Part shown: piece after piece, positions 18,146-31,330 of the stretch | Layout: every line of letters starts with the position of its first letter | Numbering within the stretch: position 1 is the stretch's first letter | Source of the DNA: the human T2T-CHM13v2.0 reference genome, Homo sapiens | Strand: one strand, 5' to 3' | Length of the DNA: 64,000 bases | Assembly (NCBI RefSeq): GCF_009914755.1 | Contig: NC_060939.1 | Program-made: the position numbers and the translations under genes | Notes under the pieces: generated by a model | Databases searched by the model: none | The model's input: only the letters and a program-made list of their open reading frames with translations | Told to the model about the DNA's origin: nothing

Positions 18146-20299
18146 CTTTCCATGTAGTAGATGTTGATGCTGACTGGTCCTGCTGACCTGAAGATCAAAG
18201 CCGAAAGTGTCTTTCAGCCCTCAGAGGATTTCCCATCTAACATGAACGAGCGCCACTGGGTAATGGACCAGAAGGCAAGCACGTCCACAAACAGCAAACT
18301 GCCCGAAAGGCACCTTCCTGCTTTGCGCTGGCTGGCAGGGTCCTGGGAAACAGCTCGAGGGCATGGGGAAGGCTCTGGGCTAACGGAAGGGGAAACTGCT
18401 CAGGAGCACGTGGCAGGCTCAGGTGGAAGGGGAGCCAGGCAGTGGGGAAGACGGGTGGGGAGGGGGAACTGGTGACAGTGCTCTTGGAAGGAAGGTATGC
18501 TGGAGCCTCTCACTGCCCCTTGGCAGTGTGGAGGATGGAAGAGGGACAGCTGAGCTGCCAGGGCTCCGGGCCATGGAGCTAGTTTGCACAGATTAATGTA
18601 CAAGATTCACTGTTTTAGTAAAACTAGGGCATCCTGGGATTTCAACTTTAATACATTTCATTAAACATGAACCAGCATCCAACGTGTAGAGCAATGATGA
18701 TGAAAGGTATGAAAGTCCATACCCTGTCTGGATGGCACTTGTTTGACCCAATTTGAACATAACAGAAACTGTGATGCTTTGATGTTTCAATCAAATGTGA
18801 AGCCAACACACTCAAAAAAGTGCTTATTACTCAGAAATAAGAGCCTAAGAGGCCTAACACTTTGGAATATACTGCCCATCTCACCCAGGTGACTTGCCTG
18901 CACCTGGCACGCTAGGTGTCTGCCCAACCCTTAGATTCCTTTAGGGAGATAGGAGTGAAAGCCCTGGAGCTGTCCATTCCAAGTGCCTTGTCTATGCCCA
19001 GCAAGGTGACAGTGACACCTTCACATCCCCAGCAAAGCCACCCTTGGCAACCTCCCTAACCACACTGTTAATATGAAAGCCTAAGGGGCCTCTCCCACCA
19101 TAGAATTACAACCTCAGGGCTTGGCTGGGAGCTGAGGTGTCGCCCTTTAATCTCCATCCTAGAATCATATTTTAGTAATCCAGCAACGGAGTGTTATTAC
19201 TCAAGTGCAGATGAAGTTTTGATTTTCTGCATCTTTAAACTCACTATGCAACAGAGTCCCTCGGGGCTTTTTAAGAGAAGCAGCCCTTTGAGAGTTGTGG
19301 TGCTTGATGATAATATCGCATGTGGCACTTCCTTAGTACTTATTTCCCCTGAGAAAATGGGGAAAGGACGGGCTTTACTCCAGGGTACTACTGCAATGTT
19401 AGAAGCAGCCTTTCTTTATGGTGAGCGAGCAGTGTGTTTGCAGAAGCATTTCCTATTGAGAGCTTCCTTGTCTTCCCATATAACTGCAAGACACCTGCCC
19501 CGAGTTCACTGTAAACTTGTCTGGTGGAGCAATGCGTCTAACCACAAGCTGGGTCATTCAGGAATATCCCATAGCAGTATAGTATTTATTTCTCTTTGGT
19601 GTCCATTTCTCATAACTGTGTTACAAAGGCATGTTTACCTAGGTGACAGCAATGACTTAACAGCGGGCTTGTATCCAATACCCATTCTGTTTAGAAGACA
19701 CTGGCTACACCTTAGCTCCAGTTTAAACTCCAGTGTCACAGGTGAAGGGCTGTGATATTCCCAGGATCAAGGCTGGGATAATATGTAACTCCAGCGTATG
19801 TGCGTCGGCGCATCCCTGCCAACTGTAATTATCCAAATTGCTCATAACTACAAGAAAAAGTACATTAAAATAAAGTACTTTTGGTATTTCCAGGAGTTAA
19901 TGTAATCTCATCTTCCAGAGCATTTTATGTACCCTTTATAACTAGACAGCCAAGTCTCCTTAGAGGCCAGGTCTGGGGGAAAAAAAGCAACATTCTCCCA
20001 CTCTCCCTCAAGTTACTCATAAATCTTAATGCTTATCTTCATACCCGTGAGAGATGCCGTTGACCAAGATCTTCATCTCTGCTGGAAAGAGGGTAAATCT
20101 ACACTAGCCCTCCTTAGCAAGGCGGCAGGCTCGTCCTCTCTCCCGCTCTGCAGAGCATGCTGGGTCCTGAAAACCTCACATTCCCACCACTGGGCACTCC
20201 GTTGGCAGGAGCCCCACCTGGGCAACATGTGCACTGGGCACACCGAATTTCCATGTCTTCTTCTTATGCTGACTCCTTACCATTAATAACTCAATGGTC

Positions 20300-23085
20300 A
20301 TATTTTAAGCTTTTTATTTCGGAATAATTACAGATTCATAGGAAGTTGCAAAGAAATGTACAGGGAGGTCCCATGCACCCTTCACCCAGCCTCCCCTAAG
20401 GCCACCATGCCCCAAAACCAGAGGACAAAATCAAAACCGGGAAATTGGCATTGGTACAGCCGACAAAGCTTATTCAGATTTCTCTAGCTTTAAGTGCATT
20501 CGTGTGCGTGTGTGTGCGCATGTGCATCTGTGCAGTTTCTCAACCACAACCGAAATAGTACCCACACACAATCAAGATGGCACCAATGGGACAAGACCCC
20601 TCATGCTACCTCTCTGGGGCCACGTTCACCCCCTCCTGCATCCCTAACCCCTGGCAAACACTAACTTGTCCCTCATCCCCCTAAGAATGTTATTTCACAA
20701 ATGTTCTATAAATGGGATCACGCAGCATATATCCTTTTGAAATTAGGTTTTCCTAACTTTTATTTTAGGTTTGGGGGTTTGTTACACAGGTAACAAACCT
20801 ATGCACATGTGAAGGTTTGTTACATTGGTAAACTCACGTTATAGGGGTTTGTGTACAGATTATTTCATCACCCAGGTATTAAGCCTAGTACCCAACAGTT
20901 ATCTTTTCTGCTTCTCTTTCTCCTCTCACCCTCCACCCTCAGGTAGACTCCAGTGTCTGTTGTTCCCTTCTTTCTGTTCATAATTCTCATCATTTAGCTC
21001 CCAGGCTTTTTCCATTCACCGAAATCTCCTTGAGGCCCATGCAAGTTGCTGTGTTTATCAACAGTCTGTTCCTTTTTACTACTGACTAGTATTCCACCGT
21101 ATGGAGGGATCACAGTTTCTTTAACCACTTACCTTTTGAGGAACATCTAGGTTATTTCCAGTGTTGGGTTATTATTTAAAAAAAAATGCTGCGATGAACA
21201 TTTCTGCAAAGCTTCTCTGTGAATGTAAGTTCTCATTTATCTGGGGTAAATGCCCAGGAGTGCAACTGGTGGATTATATGACAATTCTATTTTTAGTTTT
21301 GTGAAGGGACTATTTTCCAGAGTGGGTATGTTTTACATTCCCACAGCAACGTAGGAGAGATCCCATTTGTCACACCCTCAGCAGCGTTTGGTGGTATCAC
21401 TCTTTTTATTTGTGCCATTCTGATAGATGCGCAGTGGTATCTCTGAGTGGCTTTAATTTGCATTTCCCTGTTTTGTAAAGATGTTGAACATCTTTTCATG
21501 TGCTTACTTGCCATCTGCATACCTTCTTCAGTGAATGTCTCATGTCTTGCCCATTTTTAAACAGGATTCATTTTTTTGTTAATGTTCAATTTTGAGAGTT
21601 CTTTACGTATTCTAGATATTAGTGCTTTGTTGGGTATGTGATTTGCAAATATTCTCTCTCGTCTGGAATTTCTCTGCTCTTTTTCATTGGATCTTTCCCA
21701 CAGCAAAGGATAATGCTTTTGGTGTCAAGTCTATGAATTCTTTGTCTAGTCTTAGATCCCAAAAATGTTTTATGTTTTCTTTTAGAAGTTTTATCGTTTT
21801 ACATTTAAATCTATAATCTTTAACAAGTTAATTTTTATATGAGGTATGTGAGGTTTAGGGTTTTTTTTTTTTCTAATGGATGTCTAATTGCTCCCACACC
21901 GTTTATTGGAAAACTATATACTTCCTCCACTGAACTGATTGTCAAAAACTAATTGGGCATATCTGTTGGGACTTATTTCTGGGTTCTTCACTCTGGTTCA
22001 TTACATATGTGCCATCCCTTTGCTGATACCACACTTTGCAGCTCCACAGTAAGCATTAATATTGGGAGAAGTGAGTGCTTCCACTTTATTATTCTTTTTG
22101 AGAAATCTTGTGGACATTTTTGGACCTGTGTTTTTCCACGTAGAATAAGCTTGTGTATGTCTACAAAAAAAAAAAAAACATTGCTGAGGTTTTGATAGGA
22201 GTTACGTTAAATCTATAGATAATTATAGAGAAAACTGACTCACTATTATGTTCATTTTCCGATCCATGAACATGGGAAGTCTCTCCATTTATTCAGATGT
22301 TCCTTGATATTTTTCATCAGCATTTTGTAATGTTCATCCTGCATCCTGTATGAGCATTGTGAAACTTATATGTAAGTATTTTATTTTCTTGGTGCAACTG
22401 TAAATGGTATTATGTTTGTGATTTCAGTTTTCACTAGTCCATTGTGGGGATACAGAAATGCAGTCAATTCATAGCCACGGATCTTGTATCCTGTCATTGT
22501 AATGAGCTCATTTTTCAGTTGTAAGAGGTTTTGTTTTGGGTTTTGTAGAATCAGTCTTTCATCCTCAACTGTGAAATTGGTTGTAGGTTTTTTGTAAATG
22601 CTCTGTATAAAGGAGTGGAAGGCAGTTCCCTGGGCCACCTGTTGCTGTGGTGTGGGTGGATGGGCAAAAGCCCCTGGGTCTGGGTCTCCTGGAGCCACCG
22701 GATAGGGAGTGGTCCACACAGCAGCATCAGGCTGTCCACTGGTGGCTTGGGTGTGGAGCGGGCCTTGGGCTCCCACTAGGTCTCACTGAGCTTCCCCTTT
22801 GGCCTGACAGAGCCTTTTGGTTTTGCTTTATTTTGTTTTCTCTATACCTGTTGGCGGTTCTGGTTACAGGCCTTCCTGTGCCCACACTGGAAGGATACAG
22901 GAGATAAAACAGAAGTCCAGGGTCTCATGGTGTTGCTACCCCCTCATGTCCTGAGGCCCCAGTCAGTCTGCCTGCTTTTAGTTTCCAGCGTCCTTTTACT
23001 GTTTCTTGTTAAATTATTTACTTGTAATCACGGGGAGGAGCAGGGAAAAATGAATCTACGCCATCTTGTTCTAAAACCAGAAGCC
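20300..23085 (-). mobile_element. Old L1M fragments (3' end to 5' end) with a nested L1PA 3' fragment at about 20752-21003
   Basis: Reverse L1 motifs (ttaatttgcatttccctg, gatgttgaacatcttttcatgtgctt); 5'-end-like cgccatctt near 23060. Confidence 0.75.
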
Positions 23086-23306
23086 CCTGTTTTTAAAGTT
23101 TTCTACCGTGTTTCAGTGCACTGCCTAGAAAATAAAACACTGGGTTTCATTTCCTTGTATTTTGGGGGATATTTCTATAGGAGCCAAATGATTTTCATAC
23201 TAGGATGAATAGAATGAATATGTCAACAGTCTTTTAGGTCTCAGTCATAAACATTATCTCTGATTGTATAGATAGGTAAACGTCTTTGACTCCATAATCA
23301 AGCAGA

Positions 23307-23600
<294 letters not shown>

Positions 23601-25894
23601 AAGCAGGCTTACTTAAATATCAAAATGATCACCCTCCATTATCCAGAATTTCAAAACCTATTGTTCTGAGTGGCTGCCAGGAGGTGCCAACAGTTGGCAC
23701 GAAATTAAGCTAAACTCATGTCCAGCGCAGTCACGCCATGTGCCTCCTCCCTGGCACCAGAGGGCTGCCATGAACCCTAGGAGACACAGGCCCACCCTCC
23801 ACCCCCCACCCCCCACCCCCACCGTCCCGGGGTGTGATCTCGGCACTCCACCTATCACCACCCAAACCCACATCAGTGTGTGCAGAGGCTCCCAGGAGCA
23901 CAGCTCCACATATGTCAAAGTTCAGAGATGGAAGGAAACTCCTCAGTGCAAGTGGAGAGAGACAGATGTGATTTAAACGGGGAGTGGGGAGCATCATAAA
24001 TTCACCAAGAATCTGGCTGAACTGTGCCTCTGTATAGACAGGATGATAGATTTTCCCAAACCAGAGCCCAGACTTGGTGCAGAAAAGAGTTACTCCTCTC
24101 TGTGCAGGAATTCATCATTTGCATCCCGCATCACAGCAAAAGCAGGCACAGAGGCTTAGAGCCCTCTTAGACACCTATGAGTGAATACAGCTTCTTATAA
24201 ACATCCCTCCCAGACTCCATCTACTCAGAGTTTATCCAGGCATCCAGAGTAGAAAAGGTCCTTTGGGGATATTCAAGGAAAACTGGTCCCCTGTAGAAAG
24301 ACAGACGCACGGCTGCCACAGGGAAACTCCCATCTGAGCTATCTGGGAAAATCATGCCATGCCCACAGCTCCCGTCGCAGACCCCACTAACTCTAGAAGC
24401 TATTTTTGGATGCACTTTCCGGTTAACACAAGAAACTAAGTTCAAGAACACGGACCAGGCACTGGAAGGGCTGGAGTCTCCCTTTTAGCCGATTTCCTGC
24501 TTCCCATGGTCTCGCGGAGCTGTTTTAGAGTGCTTGTCTGAAATGACACTATCACCCACCGCCAAAACTGAGACAGCGCCCACCACAGTGGATACCTGTG
24601 TTCAAGACAAATCGAATAGAGAGATCACCTGATTTTACTGTCACCCCAAGAACATGAAGGAGTCAAAATTTCAGAAACTAATGATACAAGGCCACAAAGC
24701 ACACGGTATTAAAACATACCTCTGTCATACACTTTGCTCGCATATTTGTTATTTACAAGGGGTATGTGTCACAACACTGCAATTTGAACATTTTCATAAA
24801 GACGAGGGGAGAATCTGCCATTCAGTAGAAGGGACCCTGAGGGAACAGGTGGTGCGTTTCTCTCCACGGCACGTCTTTGCCAGCTGGAGCCTCTACGAAA
24901 GGGAGGACTCATAAACTGCAACCTCAAGTTAAATTATGAGGCAAGTAAAAGGGAATTTTATGGGTCTTCCTAAACTGAGGAAGTTTAAGAGATATTTTTC
25001 TATTTTATCACCATGTTCCTAGTCCATTTGATTTTATGATGTCATATTTTAAAATAAAGGGATATTAATTGCCCAGGTAATCAAAAGTAAACCAAATAAT
25101 TGAAATTGTTTTCTTTCAGGAAAAACTCTCCATTTTCCTGTGAGCTTTTAAAATGTAGGGAGAACAAGCACTTACTCAGGGTGCAGCCCCCCAACCTGAT
25201 CCTCCTGCCCGCCCCATGCACCCTGAGTGGCAAAGGAAGAAGAGGGCTCCTGCCCCTCCTGGCTGGACCACCCTGAGAGGCTGCGGTGGGCGAGCAGTGA
25301 GGAGGGCAGACCTGGCTGTGCACGAGCTGCCAAACAGCCAGCACTTGTGGACCCTGTGGCTTGCCGTCTGGGGACATGCTTAGCCCCTGTCTGCAAAATG
25401 AGACAAGGAGGGGCTGGCAGCCTGCACCGGCACATGAGGTGGCTTCAGCTTGTCTTAAATGACAGGTTTCAGGCATGGCTGTTCTCCCTGTCCCTCCCAT
25501 CCCCAGTCACTGTGTGCTTCTGATTTTATCCAAGGGGCACAGGCCTGAACAAGGGCCATAGCAAAGGGATGAATGAAAAGGTTTTCCATAAACTCCTACC
25601 AAATACCCGGAGAAAGTGGTTCTCCACAAATCCCCCCCAAACACCAGGAGAAAGTGTGTGATGAGGTGGACACTCACCAAGCAAGACCTCGCCTCTCACA
25701 GAGCCCCTCTGGCTGGTGCCTCTTGGGAACTGCGGGGAGCGCTGGCAGGCAGCTTCTCACTGCTGACTGCCAGGAATCTGGGCACGCACAAGGGACACAG
25801 ACTGAATGTATTAACGAAGGTGGCAGTGACATATTCAACAAAAGGCCAAGAAGACCAAGTGAAGCCTTCAAAATCAGGAAATCAGCACGGACCG

Positions 25895-25907
25895 TTTGTG
25901 TGTTTGT

Positions 25908-25941
<34 letters not shown>
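25895..25941. repeat. (TG)n microsatellite
   Basis: Directly visible. Confidence 0.95.
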
Positions 25942-26419
25942 CAGGCCACCTGGGTGATGGCCGAAGTTAACTGTGATAAGGCCCGGCCACCTCCACCAAC
26001 ATACACACTGAGCCTCCCCGGAACTGTTTTGCATACTCTGCCTCGAGCTCACAGTCATGTCCCTGTTACCAGAGAGCAGGGCCTTACAAGAAGTGTCAAG
26101 GTTGAGAGAAAGTGTGGGATGACATCTAGGCAACAAGACCACAGACAGGGCACCCGACCCCACCCATGCTGACAGCAACTCTCCTGGGCTCCCTGGCCAA
26201 AGGACTACAGGGAGGGGAGTAAACACCCAGCCAGGGCCCGACACCTCTCCACTGGCAGCAGCAGCATAGTGAGTTAAGGGGCCACCTCCCTAGAGGTCCT
26301 GAGAGCAGCACAAATGCTACCGTGGGAGGGTCCCCAGGGTGCATGCTGCCCTAGGCACCACCCCAACAAAGCCGTCCCGGAATCCATGCAGAATGTCTCC
26401 AAGGACGAAAAAGGCAAGA

Positions 26420-26935
26420 CACTCAAACAGACACTGGTACCCCCATGTTCACAGCAGCACTGTTTACAACAGCCAAAAGGTGGAAGCGCCCAAGGGTCCC
26501 TTAACAGATGAATGGATAAACAAGATGTGGTGGTGGGTTCATGCAATGGAATGGTGTCCGCCTCAGAAAGGAGGCTCTGGCACATGCTCCAACACAGATG
26601 AGCCTTGAGGACACGATGCTGAGTGAAATAAGCCGGTCACTAAAGGACAAGTACTGTGTGATTCCGCTCACGTGAGACACCCAGGGCAGTCCACTTCGTA
26701 GAGGCTGAATGCAGAACGGTTGTTGCCAGGGGCTGGGCATGGGGGAAGGGGGAGTTAGTGTTTCACGGGCACAAAGTTTCCGTTTGGGAGGATAAAAAGT
26801 GTTGGAGAGGAGGGCGGCGGTGATGCTCACAACAATGTGAAGGTATTGAATTCCACGGAACTGCACACTTAAAAGGGTTAAATGGCTAATTTTATGTTAT
26901 GTATATTTCACCATAATAAAACAATTTTTTAAAAG
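26420..26935 (+). mobile_element. L1MB 3' end
   Basis: atgttcacagcagcac...acagatgaatggataaac...aactgcacacttaaaa. Confidence 0.8.
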
Positions 26936-28195
26936 TAAAGCACAAGATAGAACACGCTTAAGGTTATAAGGCTGTGTGTGCCAGTGGAGCACAGCTCAGC
27001 TGCTCAGTGTGACAGTGACAAGCCCCAAGTTAGCACGTGGTCCACTTCCAGGAAGTGGAGGAGTCAGAGCGCCCCACCCCTCATGCCTCAACCTTCAGAA
27101 CTGACATGCTCAGCGCAGAAGGGCCACCCCTGGGCATGAGGGTAGACCATGGTGGTGGTCCCACACTGCTGAGCGTTCTTCAAGCCTTCCTAAACATCCC
27201 TGGATAAAAGAGACAGCATGAGAATCACCTAGCCTGACATGTGCCGGACACGTGCCTGACACGTGCAATGTTCCTTCAGTGATCTAAAATGACATCACAA
27301 CATAAAGCTCCTGGAAGATGTTCTGGGTAGTGGTGCCTAAAGTGATGCCCACACACAAAAACATACACCATCACAGGAGTGCAGAAAAACACTACCACCT
27401 TTGTTTGTAATTGTGGTTTATTTTATTTTCATTTATATTTTGTATGTTTCAATAGATATAAGATATTTATGCATTACATGCCGGTAATTTATAAATAAAT
27501 ACACACACCCCCACTTTGGGTGCACATGCCCACTTTTTACTGATAGAGGTGTGAGATCAAAAACATCTGAAGACTGTGGCTGTAATGAACCAGCTACACT
27601 AAAAAGGATCAATAACATATACATTTTTCTAAAAAGCATCCATAGAGCATCTTTGTCAGCTATCCTTGTTAAATTCTGGGTATTGGCTTTTATCAGGATA
27701 ACTATCTGGTGTTAGACACTTTCTCAAAAGCCAGAAATATTTAAACAACTTGATCTCATCCACACACATCAAAGATCAAAGGGACACAGGAGGCTCTGAC
27801 TGAGCAGCACGCGCCGCAGGCACTCAGCCAGTGGCCCTGAGTAACATCTCTTGGGACCCCAGAGCCCCAGGGCCACCTGTTCTGCTCCCAGGCTCTGCCC
27901 CTTTTGGACTGAAACCTCCCTCTCTGGGCTCCCATTTCCTCACAGGAACAATGAAGAATTTATAAGCTCTTCACAGAGCTAGCTAAGAATGGTACCATAC
28001 AAATTCATAAAAATTCAGGCAAGTATATGGTGCTAGAGAAATACGTGAAGTTTTATCACTAAGTATTTGAACAACAATTTTAAAAAGCACCTTTTTTCCA
28101 CCGTATCATGATCTTTGCGGGTCACGGGGTCTTCATGATCCCACTAAGCAATTTGGAGCTATTCCATATATTCCTAGCTAATTCAAACAGCTACA

Positions 28196-28534
<339 letters not shown>

Positions 28535-28592
28535 TAACGGAAATCATCTTAATCAATATTAACACACAAAAAGCTGTAGTTAAGGTGGTTTC

Positions 28593-28710
28593 TGCCAGGC
28601 ATGGCAGATAGAGCCTGTATTTCCAGCTACTTGGGAGGCTGAGGCAGGACTGTGTGAGGCCCAGAAGTTCAAGACCAGCCTGGCAACACAGCAAGACCTG
28701 GCCTCTAAAA
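28593..28710 (+). mobile_element. Alu monomer fragment
   Basis: Single left-arm-like Alu. Confidence 0.75.
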
Positions 28711-28804
28711 AGTGTTTTTTTTTTTAATCATCTGTAAAATGAGGATGCAAAACAAACAAAAAAATAAACATGGTATCTGTTTGTTAAACTCTGCAATGAA
28801 CACA

Positions 28805-29430
28805 TGTATTAGCTTCCCGCTGCGGCAACAAATTATGACAACTTGGTGGCTTGAAGTAACACAAATTTGGGGAGTTTTATTTTATTTATTTCATTTTATA
28901 GAGATGGGGTCTTGCCCAGGCTGGAGTGCAGTAGCATAATCACAGCCCAGTGCAACCCCAGTCTCCTGGTCTCAAGTGATCCTCCTGCCTCAGCCTCCTG
29001 AGGACCTGGGACTACAGGCTTGTGCCACTGCACCGGCTAAACAAATCTGTCATTTCACAATTCTGGAGGTCAATCTGACATGGATCTTACTGGGTCAAAA
29101 CGATGGTTTCGGCAGGGCGGCGGGAGAGAATGTTTCCTTGCCTTTTCCAGCTCCTAGAGGCCGCCCACACTCCTTGACTCTAGGTCCTCCACTTTCAAAG
29201 CCAACAATGGCAAATTAAGTAGTATTCATATCGGATCTCTCTGCCCGCTTTTCTTCCACTTTTACAGACTTGTGATTACACTGGGCCCACAATTCACTCC
29301 AGAATAATCTCCCCATCTTTTTCCAAGAGAAAGGGGAATTAGAATTGGCTGCAGTTAAGGTGGCACCATCAGCTGATTAGCCACCTTAACTGCAGCCAAC
29401 TTTCATTCCCCTTTCTCATGGGACCTAAGG
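28805..29430 (-). mobile_element. MaLR LTR (MLT1D-like), interrupted by an Alu arm (28875-29040) and hosting MIR4715
   Basis: tgtattag...ttggtggcttgaa...ttctggaggtc...gattacactgggcccac...ataatctccccatc...tcagctgattag. Confidence 0.7.
29333..29411 (-). ncRNA. MIR4715: microRNA precursor MIR4715 (intronic, same strand as ATP10A)
   Basis: Perfect 20-bp inverted repeat 29345-29364 / 29380-29399 within a longer stem 29327-29417. Minus-strand arms AAGTTGGCTGCAGTTAAGGTGG and GTGCCACCTTAACTGCAGCCAAT match miR-4715-5p/-3p as recalled. Confidence 0.85.
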
Positions 29431-29486
29431 GAGGGCAGTAGCTCCAGGGATGTTTTACAATTTAAGTTCTATTATTATTCAAGCAC

Positions 29487-29990
29487 TATGGGGCTGACAG
29501 GTCAGGAGAGGACTGCCATTGAAAAGAGGATTTGTTACTCAGAGTCCTCCAGAGAAGGAGCTCGCCACACCTACCGCTGTGGGAGGGGGAACATAGGGGA
29601 GACCAGCGTCCTAGGAGGCAGAGACCTTGGTGAGAGGAGGGAGAGTCTTTTCTGTGCCTTCCATGGGAAAGAACAGGAGAGGCGGGGTAAGCAGGTTTAG
29701 AATCCATTAGTTTGAATAACCTCGGTGGACCCTGGGACAAAGGGCTGTCCCTAGCTGCTTGGTGGCTGGACCTGGGGTGACGAGAGCAGGTGCACAGTGG
29801 ATGAAACACAGAGGGGGCCGAGGGTGTGGACGTTGGATTGGGTGGCTTGCACACGTAAGGCATGCTGCAGCAATGCTGTTTGCTATCTCTAGGAATTATC
29901 TAGCCCTGGGAGGGCCTGTCCCTCCGGAGGCAGCAAGGCTCCAGATGTCAAAGCACCACACAAGAGAAAATAAAAAGACATCCTTAGTAC
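29487..29990 (-). mobile_element. ERVL LTR (MER74-like)
   Basis: gactgccattgaaaag...tgctatctctaggaatt...ccagatgtcaaagca...tagtaca; subfamily from memory. Confidence 0.6.
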
Positions 29991-31019
29991 AGGACTGAAT
30001 AAGCAGGAACTGAGTTTAGATGTCACTGCATGCAGTAGTTGGGAACAGAGCCAAGAATTACAGACACCACCCTCCCTCCTTCTACGCCTTCTCCAAGTCC
30101 CAAGGGCGCATTATGAAGGAATTCCCATTAAGTCTGGCCAGACGCTTTACAGAGGAATTAACACAGGATAGGAAACTGAAAGGAGAAAAAGAGAAAAGAC
30201 CAGAAACGGAGGAATTTAACCGTGATCAAGGAGGAGCACGGCGCAGCTGCAGGACTGAGCTCAACTCTGGCTCTCACCTCCATGCCAGAGAGAACCTGAG
30301 GGTCTCTGTCAGCATGGCCTCCTGGCCCCCAGACATGCTCCCCATGGATGTGAAAGACCACAGGCAGCAGCCAGATTTCTATGGAATGAATCAAACTTTC
30401 CATCCTGCTTAAAAGCAATGATTTTCTTTCCAAAAAAAAAAATAAATGTGTACATGGAAAATATTACAATGCAAGTCACAATGAGAGTTAAAAAAGACAC
30501 ACACATCTGATTTGACTAAAGTCTGTCCTGGCAACACGAATAAATAAAATAATGACAATGACACGATGGCACTATGAAATGCCATTACCTAGGTTTCTAC
30601 CAATTAATTATGAGGGACAAGACATACATAACTAAATATAATTAAATCACGCAGGTCGATAAGATTACCCTTTTTGAGAAAATAATTACATGCCACGTAT
30701 ATTTTGAAACTGTTCAGTGGAGGTGAACAATTGTAGCCCATTATGTGTATGAGACATTCTGGAAAATATCGCTTTGACTTATGTTCAAAAATGGTTGGCT
30801 TGTTCAGAGAGAGAGAGTCAGTGGGGAGCACCCAGCAGGAACAGGGGCCTCCCCAGCTCGCTCTCTCCCTGCCTCGTCTTTCCTCTCACAATGCTCTCGG
30901 TTTTCTGAGTCAACCATGCTCCTGGGCCAAGGTGCAGCACTGGAGATGACCGAGACAGACAGCGTGGATGCGTTTTGTACGGGGAACAAAACTGATTTCC
31001 AACTTGGCAAAAAGCAACA

Positions 31020-31330
31020 GGAGAGGCCCCGGCTGTGTCTGGTACCGCCTCAGCCGAGCCCTGAAGGGAAAGGCCCAGAAAAAGGGATGTGGCCACACCC
31101 TGGGGGCCAGCCCACAGGCGAGGCGAGTCCCCAGGCGCCATTCTACGCGGCCAGTTTTGGAGAACTGGAACTGTGTAGAGCGTCCGGCGGCAGCGGACCC
31201 AGCGCTGCTCCATTCTCCCTCCCTCCCTCCCCCCCCAGCCCCGGTGACTCACTCCGCGGCCCGGGCAGGGCGAGACCACGCCCACCACCCCCCAAGACCT
31301 GGCCGCGCTCACCTCCCCTCCTGCACAGAG
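31020..31330. promoter_or_regulatory. Small intronic CpG-rich element (candidate enhancer or alternative promoter)
   Basis: Local CpG cluster outside any recognisable repeat; AP-1 TGACTCA at 31245; KLF/SP-type CCACGCCC; C-runs at 31217-31242. Confidence 0.5.

Noticed and set aside
18690-18778. C/D snoRNA-like layout (AGCA-ATGATGA ... GTGA-TGCT, 89 nt), tempting given the SNORD115/116 clusters in 15q11-q13
   Set aside because: The D box is GTGA rather than CTGA, there is no similarity to SNORD115/116, and it is antisense to the host intron.
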